DNA of 63,933 nucleotides, filler included, from Basidiobolus ranarum (Eukaryota): NCBI GenBank assembly GCA_040143965.1. It is 4 parts of 4 records of this genome, joined end to end, with 100 filler letters (N's around TTAATTAATTAA, not from the genome) between each part and the next. Parts side by side here need not be neighbours in the genome. Positions count along the whole stretch, not along the records: positions 48,064 to 63,933 come from JASJQH010007239.1; 3 more parts are not named here. One strand, 5' to 3'. Shown piece by piece: positions 53,224 to 63,933 of this stretch (position 1 is its first letter; each line of letters starts with the position of its first letter). The notes under the pieces were generated by a model. It saw only the letters and a program-made list of their open reading frames with translations, ran no database searches and was not told where the DNA came from. The position numbers and the translations under genes were made by a program.

Positions 53224-54160
53224 ATGAATAGCATAGCGAAGTTCCCGGTGGCAAATATGAGACGACTAGTTGCCAGATACCTCGAAGCGGAGTTGGTTCG
53301 AAACGAGTTGTATGAGGATTTAAACGTGACCCCATTTCATTCCAGCATTGTCCCTTGCATTTCCATTGAGTCCTATATACGTCGAATCCAAAAATCCATC
53401 TCTCTCGAAAGTCATAGTCTCGTGGTTTCTCTTATCTATTTGGATCGCGCTACACAATCCACAAATCATGTCTATGTCAACGAGTACACGATTCACCGTT
53501 TACTGATTGCCTCTATCACCATTGCTAACAAGTTCTTGAATGATGAATGCTATCCAAATTCACTCTACGCAAAGGTGCCACATCTCATTGACCATTCTCT
53601 TTGTATGCCACTAACCTTTCACCTCAACTTAGATTGGTGGACTTCCGAGTCACGAACTGAATAGTCTAGAGCTTGAACTTCTTTTTATGATTGATTTTGA
53701 ACTAAACATCCAGCCACAAGAGTTTCTGGAGTATACCCATCGTCTGATGAGCTACGGAGTTGAGGATCTGATCCGCGGCACCTCTTGCACCCGAGCTCGC
53801 CAACGACTCTCTTTATCAGGGGGCAGATGTATTGAAACCCCGCCATGCCATTCTGATAGACGAAATCAGCATGGAGCTCGTTTAGACGGAAGCTCAGAGC
53901 TGGATAAGCTGGTGTTTCAAGTGAATCGAACGATATTGTCTAGAGAAACAACGTGTGTAAATACGAAGGATTCTGAAGTGCTCAGATCCGCCAAAGATAG
54001 ATTAAGAGCCCTGTTGTCGAATCGGAACAGCAATTCAAAAAGAGCCTCTGTCTGCTCAAATACCCCAGATTACCCCACTAAACCAATACAAACGAGGCCT
54101 GCGTCGTATCATCCATCAACCATCAATAGTTGGACTAGTATGGTTAGTGTGCCTATGTAG
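53224..54160 (+). CDS. Pho80/Pcl-family cyclin
   Basis: FHSSIVPCISIESYIRRI, LIYLDR, IHRLLIASITIANKFLND and YAK|IGGLPSHELNSLELELL across intron 53575-53632. Confidence 0.88.
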
Positions 54161-54832
54161 GCTTTTGTAGTGAGATACACCCCCCACTGTATGAATGAAC
54201 ATTACCTACCATACTCTCGCTGTATAGATGAACCCTACTCTGTTGCATATTTCACCTGATGTTGTAAATTCATCCCCGCATCACACACACTTTTAGAAGC
54301 TTAGAGCAACTCTTGTAAAATATCCACTTGTTTCTCTATAAACCAACAAAACTTCAATGCATTCATGCAAATGATGAGGATTCTGATGCCTCGCTGATTT
54401 TAGCCATAAGAATAACTAGTCACTGGTCACACTAATTCCGTATTACATCACTATTTCCAAAAGCATGACGTTTAAATGGATTTTGATGATATTCCGTTCA
54501 CCAAATAGGCATCACCAATAATTTGTTCAGGCCCTATTGGTGACAGATCTTTGTCAGTTTCAAAAAGGTCACTTGCCGTAAGCATTTACAGTTCCTACTT
54601 GAGTTTCATTCGTCATATATTACTTCTTTATTGTTATAATTCATCTATATCTTTTATAATCATTTTCAGTTTGCAAACGCTCGGGGCAAATAACTTTCTT
54701 GGCATTATATTGCTTTGATCTTGTAAAATTGGCTAGCAAGCGCTGATATCTTCATACACTCCTTTTACCCTTCCCTAAAGCCACTGGATTCCCTTGGGTT
54801 GCGCAATACCAAAGCAAAAATTCCTCACAGAA

Positions 54833-57800
54833 ATGACCATTACAGGTATTGTATTTTGTTGACACATGGTAAGGTCTTGGAGGAAAAAATTAAAAAATCA
54901 TTACACTCTATAGAAAACATCGAGAACATTCCTGATCCTTTAAACCAGACTGCAGAAACTGGCCCAGAAATGAGCGACACTGTTGACGAAGTATCGGGGC
55001 ATTCGGCCGACTTACTTTTAACTGATACTGAAGTGGACCTGATAAAAAAGGATCTACTTCATAGACAAGTTCATCAAGAAATGCTAGAACTTAGAGAACA
55101 CCTGTCCATCGCACCATTATTCTTCGATAAAAGTATACTACAACCTCCTCCTAAACCGGTGGATACTGGTTTCTTTAATATTACTGCATTGTTCCGGTCA
55201 AACCCGCCAACACCCGAACCCTCCGCTACCACCCCAAATTCCTCCAATACAAGTCTTCACACGGACATTAACATCGAGACCCCGTTATTACAATATGCTT
55301 TCAACAATTTCGTACTGAATTTCCCTTTCTTGGAAAAAGCCGATCAAAGTATTTGGCATAAAATTCAAGAATTTCTGAACTCTTTTAGTCGTTTGAGATT
55401 TGGTGCTTATGCGGTCAGTGAAGAGGAATTGAGCAAACGAGAAAGAATAGCGATTAGAGTAGAAAACCTCCTAACCATCTTGTTCAATACCGGTATTACC
55501 ACCCATGGGAAGATTGAGGAGAAGAAAAGCACCAATCAACAGGATGTAAAAATGCAGCCAAGAAAGCCCCATCGAATCAAGAACTCTCAATCAAACCTTG
55601 TCCATGTACAAATCTTAACGGTGCGGAAGAACGTAGAGCAAGGGTATCTTCGGGAGAAAGAATATTCGGTAACATAACTGAACCTATTGATGTGTCCTGT
55701 TCATTCTTTTCTTACATCATTCATTTCAACAGGAGTTTGTGATTAAATCACATTTCATAGAATCGGATGAGACTTTCCATGTCCGTCAAAGGTATTCGCA
55801 AATCAAGAAATTTTACGAAAAGGTACACACATAATCGTTGTCGCTGCGAGATTATGACATCTACTTATCCATTGTAATCCTAAATCTTCGTTAGCTTGGT
55901 AGAGAATTTCCTGATCAAGATCTATCTGGGCCACCACGTCGATTCAAAACCCAGCCAGATGCTGCACTCTACTGTGAAAAAGATCGACTGGCTTTACAGG
56001 CTTACTTAAGGAAATTACTGCGTAATCAAGCTGTCGCCTCAAGTCAGCTCACTAGAGACTTTCTTACCAGCACACCCACTGATTTAACACCTGAAGATAT
56101 TCAGAATGCTGATGTAAGAGCCAAGTCAGTGCAAGCCCGAGCTGAGGAGCATTCAAAATTTTTGAAGGTGGCAGAGCAACAAGCGGAGGAGTTGAGAGAG
56201 ATAACCGATTCCTTTGTTCAGGATATTTCGGAGCCAGGTAAGCGAAACCATGCTGCTTGGTAACATATTCCCATTGATTGAGCCCTTCACTATTATATAA
56301 TAGGTGGTCTGAATAAATTGGCTAAAGCTCTGGAGGAGGTCTCTGAAATCGAAAAACTGCCTGTTTCATATCAAAAGATGATCGAGTTGGCTAGAATCAA
56401 GTAAATCATTTCGTTTCTCACTTGTATTAGATGACATGTATACTCATCATATTATTTTCAGCCTTGCCTCCACTTTTTATCGAATCTTCTGTGCAGAGGA
56501 ATCAGCCGTTATTCATTTTCAACAATTACGTCAAGCTCACTCAATGTTACCATATCGTGCTCTCAAAGGGATTTTAATGATTTCGAACCCAACTGCCATG
56601 ATGAAAGCAGTATTGGATCTATTCTTGGCACAACCGTTCGGTCATCCAAGTATTCTCCAACGGTACACCTATTATCTTACGCATCATTAGCCAAACTATT
56701 ACTAATACCAGGTCGACATTATAGTGTGGTTAGCTCTAATCTGCATGATTCACTAAAGAAGAAGAAGAAGGTGATTGAAGGTCTCAGAGCAGAGATTAAA
56801 GATGAGCCTTTGTGCGATCGGATACACAACTACGTCTATTCTTCGGAGAGTCGGCCTTATGATGGCGAAACAGGTATAGTACGATCAATGTCAATGAAGT
56901 CTTGAATGTAACTAATCCACTCTTCAGGGATGTCTGATTTGGATAAGCTCTTCCGTGTCGTTCGGGATAATACGATCAAACCAATTGATGTTAACCCACT
57001 TGTTCTGATGAAATTGTGGAGTGCCAAAGAACACTTGGAGACCAGTAATCGTTCGAAAGAACTTTTAGAAACCACCGGCTCCTTGGAGGGATTCAGTGAT
57101 TCGGAGATTATGCTCAAAAATCTGCACAAATTCATGTTCCTGAGCACGCAAGTTAGAAATACTGAGCTTACAATGGATTTGATATTTGAGGTATGCACAC
57201 TCTACCACCATTCCTCATTCGTAGAAATGATTTCTAATGTGTAATTCATCTAGGGAATTACCGGAGAACTTTTAAAGGATATACTTTCAATATTCTACCA
57301 GCCTTTGGCTCAGATTTATAAAGTAGGTTCATCGGATACGCTGGCTGTACACCCCAAACAGAAATACTAACTCTGGACCCATTCAGGATGCCAACATTAG
57401 TGACTTTGTCATAGATTGTCGAGACTTTATTGATAAATTAATTCAAGTGATTGAAGCCAACGACATCGACCAAGGTAAGAATGACACCACATAGCAAGAA
57501 GTTTCTGAATAACTGAGATAATTTCCACATATAATTAACATTCGTCGAAACTTTCAGGAATTACTCCTTTGGATTCCCTTAAATCGTTCACCGATCTAGT
57601 CAAGGAATATGAAGTGGTTTTCTATCGGTTTGTACATTTACTTTACGCCAATAGCCATGATGGTCTATTCCAAAAGCTTATTGCTTGGTTTGAATCCATG
57701 ATGAGTTGTTTGCGTGAAGGAGTATTGAAAGAACCACTTGATATGGAAAAAATCCTTCATCAAGAAGAATTCAAGAATAATCCCGAATTTCAAGAAGGTT

Positions 57801-58315
57801 TCATCAAGGATTTAGATAAATTAAAGGAATTTACTTTCCGAGAAAATTTACGACATTTCCGAAGATTACGTAAGAAAATGATCTCCAATTTGGGGATAGA
57901 GCTAGAGGGAGAAGAAATGGAATTGATCTTAGCAAGTGTACCACTGGATATCGTTCAAAGATTAATGAAAATATCGGGACTAAAGGAGCTACCAGAAGAT
58001 TTACGACATTTGTTGGAAGTGGATGGGAATGGCGATGGAGAAAACTACCAACATCTCGAATTTCAACCTAACATAAGAATGAATGGATTCTCTGGAGTAG
58101 ATATTTCATTGGGAGATTTAATGGAAGTTCAATTATCGGATGAAGAAGACTCTAATGAACCTACTTCTATGAATCAAGAAATGAAGAAAAATATCAATTA
58201 TAAAAATCGACATGCTCAAGTGACGGAACCTTCAGTACCATATCCAAAATTAAATTCTATACCAAAATTACTCACCCCTTTTATGAATGAAATCTTCACT
58301 TTACTAAAATCTTGA
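54833..58315 (+). CDS. PX-domain protein with DUF3818-type C-terminus (YPR097W/Lec1-like), multi-exon
   Basis: PLLQYAFNNFVLNFPFL, the PX region (RQRYSQIKKFY…EKDRLALQAYLRKLL), LPYRALKGILMISNPTAMMKAVLDLFLAQPFG and FYRFVH. Start ATG at 54833, followed by an intron. Confidence 0.85.
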
Positions 58316-58872
58316 ATCTTTACTTCTTTGTATTTTATATATGGACATTATCTTCATTATCCCCCCTACCCTACCCTACCCTAACCATCCCCCCCAAAAA
58401 ATATCATCACTTTCTCCATTGTTCTATATTATACTATAGGTTATTTTATTTGTCAATTTATAATTCAAAATATATCATTACTCAATTCCATTTACAAATG
58501 AAATAATATTAACACGTCCATCATTGAAGATAGATAAAATCCAGCATCTAAAGGAATCAATAATTTTTCTTGATTCCTGATTTGGTTTTCTACTTCAAGA
58601 TTTTTTCTATCAATATGATTTGAGATTCGTAAAGAATATATATATATATAAATACTTATACTAGTTTAAAAGAACTTGCTTTAATTTGGTCTAAATAAAG
58701 GGATGAGATGAATGATTAATTACTCCACGAACGTTTAGATGTTAATTCATAAGAGGAATGTGGAAAGGCGAGGGTGAGGGTGAGGGAGAAGGTGAGAGTG
58801 AGAGTGAAGATGAGAGGTGATTGTGTGCGAGTTTGTAAGTGTGAGTATGAGTGCAAGTAAAGATAGAGAGAA

Positions 58873-61059
58873 TTAATTTCTGCCAATAGAGTAAGGTGGC
58901 AAAGAGGTGCCAGCCCTCAAATGTTGTTGCTGGGAAGTTTCGTCACCATCATTAGATGTTCCATACTGGTTATAATACATATGCCCTGATGGCATCGAGG
59001 AAGCTTCGGGACCAACAAACTGGGCCTGTGTTGGTTTCATTGAATCCTCTTGCTTGATCACACGTGGTGGGTTTGACAAGCTTCGACGATGACGATTCTC
59101 ATGTTGTCGAGGCGTCTCGGTCCCTAAAAATCGATCATCCTTGGGTGCTACCAGGTTGAACCCAGTATCCATTGGATTATGCCCAATGGAGGGTTGCTTT
59201 TCTATGGGATCATATAATCCAAATATCGACGCTGGTAGTTTATGAGGTGATCCACGAGCCGTCGGTCGAGGCCCAGCTGATTTCGCTCTTCTCAGTGGTT
59301 CATAATCAGTAGTAGATATGAATGGATCAGCTGGATCGAACATTGGATGAATTCCAGATCTACGAGAATTCAGTGAACTTGGTCTACCGATTCTTTCTAC
59401 AACGTCCACTTTCTCCGACATTTCTGGGTTATGATCAAAATAGGATGACTCGGAGCTAGTATAAGAACTGAAGCTGAGGGACGAACCATCTCGTCGGTGA
59501 TTTTGAAAGTAATCCTGCATACTAGAATGTATTGTATTTGTGGGTCGAATTGCCCCAGGATGCTCCAACCCACTAAATTCCACATTCGTTGCCTTTTTCT
59601 GGGATGCCAATTTAATGGCTTTCCCGATGTTTTTCTCCGCTAATATTTTATATTCCTCACTTAACAGCTCCTCTCTAACCATCTCACTAACAACAGACTC
59701 GGGTGTGTCGTCCTTTAGATTTAGTGGGAATTTGACCGTTTGAGGATCGGACCCTGGTACAGCACAAGTCATTCGCAACACAAGCTCCCCATCTCCGACA
59801 TTTTGCATTATCTCAACATCACAATGATTACAAGAAGAAGGTTTAGGAGAGGCCTGGGATACTCGAAAAGCATCATGATTCTCATTGGCAGCAGTGGCTT
59901 GAGGACGACTTGGTGACTTGAAATTGGGAACATGAGGTTGCTCGTCCACCGGATAAGGAGAAGCCAAAGACTCTTTGGATTCATTAGAGTTGTAATAAGT
60001 AGAACCATTCGACAGTCGTAACTGGGCTAATGTTGGGTATGAAGTAGATTCTTTATCACTAATCCATGTATCTGTCGAGCGTTGAGAGCTTGTCGTTGAT
60101 TGTGGAAAGGATTCCTGTGGCAACGATGTGGTCGAGCCAAAAGAAGATGAATAAACACTTTCAGGGCCAGTTCCATTGTCTAAGGAAAGGAATGGATGAC
60201 ACAACAGTTGAGCGGCTGATGGGCGCCTATTGGGGTCATACTGGATGCAGAGCTCGATAAACTGAAGTATATCTGGATCGGTAATACGCTGAAGAGATGC
60301 TGGCCTAATACCCTTAGTTACTTTCCGATAAATTTGCGCGGGGTTTTGGCACTCACTATAAGGATATTCGCGAGTCAACATCTCCAAGACGCACATACCA
60401 AAAGCATAGATATCAGCCCTTTCATCATAATGTTCGTCATAAAGCTCAGGAGCCATGAATTCCGGAGTACCAAGTACCGAGGAGACATGTTGCTTACGCA
60501 TAAAAGTGGCCAACCCCAAGTCACCTATCTTTGCCTGACCGTTGTTTCCGTTAATGAAGATGTTATCACACTTTAGATCACGATGAATGATTGGTGGATC
60601 TTTTGTATGTAAATAATTCAATCCACGAAGGACTTGTCGACACCAACTTTTGAGGACCCGTGGTTTAAGTTGACATTTGGTTCGTCGGATGTATTGTTTT
60701 AGAGTTCCGGAGGTCATGAGCTCCGTAATGAAGTAAACTCGGCTTCGACCATCAGGACCTTTAGCTGTCCACGTATGAAATAGATTGATAATGTTTTCAT
60801 GACGAAGGGTCTTCAAAATTTCCACTTCAAATACGATCTTTTGCGCATCCTTCTTACCCAAGTGATCTATTCTCAACTGATTCCATGCTATTTCAACCCC
60901 CTCTTCTTGATCAAATCCTTTATAAACTTCTTTGTACCCTCCAATGCCCAAAGACTCTTCGTATCTTTCAAAGCGTCCGGTAGGGTCTCGATCTACAACC
61001 TTAGGGCTATCATCATCATCGTCATCATCTTCGTGGGGCCGAGGCATGTAAGTGTCCAT
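58873..61059 (-). CDS. WNK: WNK (With-No-lysine) Ser/Thr kinase
   Basis: DPTGRF; LGIGGYKEVYKG (Lys in subdomain I); EIAWNQ (no subdomain-II Lys); ITELMTSGTLKQY; PPIIHRDLKCDNIFING; KIGDLGLA; SVLGTPEFMAPE. A CCT-like domain lies at about 59600-59830. Confidence 0.93.
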   Translation of the reverse strand: MDTYMPRPHEDDDDDDDSPKVVDRDPTGRFERYEESLGIGGYKEVYKGFDQEEGVEIAWNQLRIDHLGKKDAQKIVFEVEILKTLRHENIINLFHTWTAKGPDGRSRVYFITELMTSGTLKQYIRRTKCQLKPRVLKSWCRQVLRGLNYLHTKDPPIIHRDLKCDNIFINGNNGQAKIGDLGLATFMRKQHVSSVLGTPEFMAPELYDEHYDERADIYAFGMCVLEMLTREYPYSECQNPAQIYRKVTKGIRPASLQRITDPDILQFIELCIQYDPNRRPSAAQLLCHPFLSLDNGTGPESVYSSSFGSTTSLPQESFPQSTTSSQRSTDTWISDKESTSYPTLAQLRLSNGSTYYNSNESKESLASPYPVDEQPHVPNFKSPSRPQATAANENHDAFRVSQASPKPSSCNHCDVEIMQNVGDGELVLRMTCAVPGSDPQTVKFPLNLKDDTPESVVSEMVREELLSEEYKILAEKNIGKAIKLASQKKATNVEFSGLEHPGAIRPTNTIHSSMQDYFQNHRRDGSSLSFSSYTSSESSYFDHNPEMSEKVDVVERIGRPSSLNSRRSGIHPMFDPADPFISTTDYEPLRRAKSAGPRPTARGSPHKLPASIFGLYDPIEKQPSIGHNPMDTGFNLVAPKDDRFLGTETPRQHENRHRRSLSNPPRVIKQEDSMKPTQAQFVGPEASSMPSGHMYYNQYGTSNDGDETSQQQHLRAGTSLPPYSIGRN

Positions 61060-62998
61060 TGAATAAGTTCGGAAATTGTAAGATAAAAGCGGTTACAGAG
61101 GATATGATGTTCAAAAGTAGAACCGATACTATCTGGATAAAATATATAGAAATGTGTAAGGATGTTGATTTTAGTGAGCATACATCAAGCTCACAAGCTA
61201 CATACCGTAATAATAATAAAAAGAATAGCTAGACTATCGAGCCAAGTATGTCTATATTCAAATAAGTCAGAAGAGTGGTGTGCACTTCTTTTATGAACGA
61301 CAAAGTTAATCGAAAACCAAATAGCTTGTCGAACAAAGGAGGAAGGAACTTTCCAGCAGCAAGACAATTATCTATGCGCTAAAGACAACAAAATGAGAAG
61401 GGAAAGAAATAATAGGATTAAAAAGCAAAAATTGACTAAAAAGGCTGAGATAAGGATATATTTCAAAAAGAGGTGAGGATCCATCAAATTACCGAGAATT
61501 CATCGAATCCCATGAAATTCTCACGAATTGTGGCTATTGTTGAATAAGAAAAAAGGAGAAAATAGAGCCAACCGACAACCGATAATCCGGACGAAATGAT
61601 TGTATGGTAACAAATATCATAATACCAATGTATTCGCTGTACAAATGCGATGTGCTGATGTCAATGACAAAATTGGGCATTTTCAACTAAAACCAATTGA
61701 AATATATCTGATGTTGAAGCGATCCCCTTTCACATTGCATATGAACTCACTCTTGAACTATACATGCGCTGTGTGTTTCAGGTTGGGTTTTATATCGAGC
61801 ACTCCTCAAATCGAAGCAACCTGATTAACTTTACACAATCAACTTGAGGAATGGACTAACTTTACGCAATCATTGAGTAAGGCAGATTAACTTGCTCGGT
61901 GGCACATCGTACATGATTAGTCCAGCTCTGACTAGAATATTCCGAGGGATGCGATTGGGGGGTGAGTGGCTTTGGTGTGATTTTCAGAAGACCCGAGTGG
62001 TTTACCGGAGAATTGAAAATATCGAGCGAAGTGCAGAATGGAAAGGTTAATTGTAAAATGGGATATTTTCCTCGAGTGAATGTATGCAATCCAACAACCT
62101 GTAAAGAGTTACAGAAAAGGTAGATTGATGTCCATTTGAAGCATTGGCGTGGGATTTGTTGTGGCATACGGAGATCACTTTGGGAGGCCTTCTTCGTCTG
62201 CACACGGTGATTCGCTGATCCTGTAAGTAGACTCTATACTCCGAGTGAAGATTTTTCTTTCCAAATTGTAAGCTTTGCAAAGAACCTAGACACCGACACA
62301 TATCCACGATCATTGGATGCCCTCTCTATTGATGGCGTGTTTGTGATGTTTATCTCTGCTGCTTCTATATGAAGTGTGGAATAAACAAAATAATCCCCTC
62401 AGCCAATCAGCTTCTGGGCGCCAATCTGGATAGAGGTGCTACCATTCAACATGGATTAAGCATGCATTCGCTCCACAAAAGCCATCAACAATGGTGGTTC
62501 CAGATTATTCATTCTGTGGCAAGTCTATTGTTCGAGCTAATCAAGCACATCATATTCCCTATCCGTTAACCAACAAATACATATGATAGAGTCGGCAATT
62601 TAGTTCGTATTTTTGAAACAAGCGAGCTCTTTAAATATCAATGGTGCAAAATAAAACATGATTTCTGTAGAAAAAAGGGTTGAATTGGCTGCTGATAGGG
62701 AAACAAGCAAAACGAAGAAACAATGTTTCAATTATAAACCGGATAGACCGATAACATTATAGAAAACAACCGGGATCCATGTGAGCATACAAAGAGGAAA
62801 ATTGGTCACCAAAATAGAATGCTTACCACTGCTTCGATGAAAAGCAAGAGTGGTTCTCGGTGGACATAGGATAGATTAAAAAAAGTCACTGAGGAGAGAG
62901 GGGTGTGAAAAGGGTAGACTTGAGAAGATGTCAATCGACGTAAGACTATTTAAACAAGTATTTCTTTGCGAGGAAAAGGGCTACCATTTATACTTTTT

Positions 62999-63754
<756 letters not shown>

Positions 63755-63933
63755 AAGTAGAGATTATTTACTAAAGATTGAAAGATGATAAATAAAAATA
63801 TCTTCCACGCTCGAAACCACCACTTTCAAAGTCTCAAACTAAGCAGATGAGCCTATACAGCTATACAACAATTCATACCTGAAAGGTATCAAAAGAAAAT
63901 ACCGAGTTTTTCAAACTATCCACAAGAATCTAA

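Noticed and set aside
25702-54160. Apparent phosphate-homeostasis cluster (PHO91-like, PHO89 x2, cyclin)
   Set aside because: The SPX transporter is on a different contig, two artificial linkers away from PHO89.
58765-58860. GA/GT-rich simple repeats after the WNK stop that could read as an S/P/H-rich extension
   Set aside because: They follow an in-frame TAA and are most simply 3' UTR microsatellite-like sequence.
61862-62569. Short ORFs between WNK and CDC42
   Set aside because: No recognisable motifs or consistent exon chain.

Overview
This is eukaryotic fungal genomic DNA: AT-rich, with short GT-AG introns of mostly about 55-140 nt. The gene content (WNK kinase, WDR53-like protein, ALDH8A1-like enzyme, CAR/Git3-type GPCR) suggests an early-diverging fungus such as Basidiobolus; that assignment is inference. 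The window is not one locus. It is four contigs of about 15.9 kb in descending length order, joined by 100-nt N-TTAATTAATTAA-N linkers, so adjacency across 15954-16053, 31967-32066 and 47964-48063 means nothing. Contig 1 holds a membrane-protein 3' end, CAP2, an NmrA/QorB-like oxidoreductase, an HMG-box gene and the main find. That find is an 8-exon gene, hidden from the ORF track, that fuses a BED-type zinc finger through a 7-nt microexon to a cytidine deaminase with intact catalytic motifs. Contig 2 holds a Bem2-like PH/tandem-RasGEF gene broken by an in-frame TAA, a WDR53-like WD40 gene, a PHO87/90/91-type SPX transporter and an ALDH 3' end. Contig 3 holds CpG-eroded Ty1/copia relics, a CDC25-type RasGEF, CHL1/DDX11, a 7TM receptor and a secreted sulfatase. 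Contig 4 holds tandem PHO89 copies, RPC31, a Pho80/Pcl cyclin, a PX/LEC1-like protein, a WNK kinase and CDC42. All exon structures were derived by hand.
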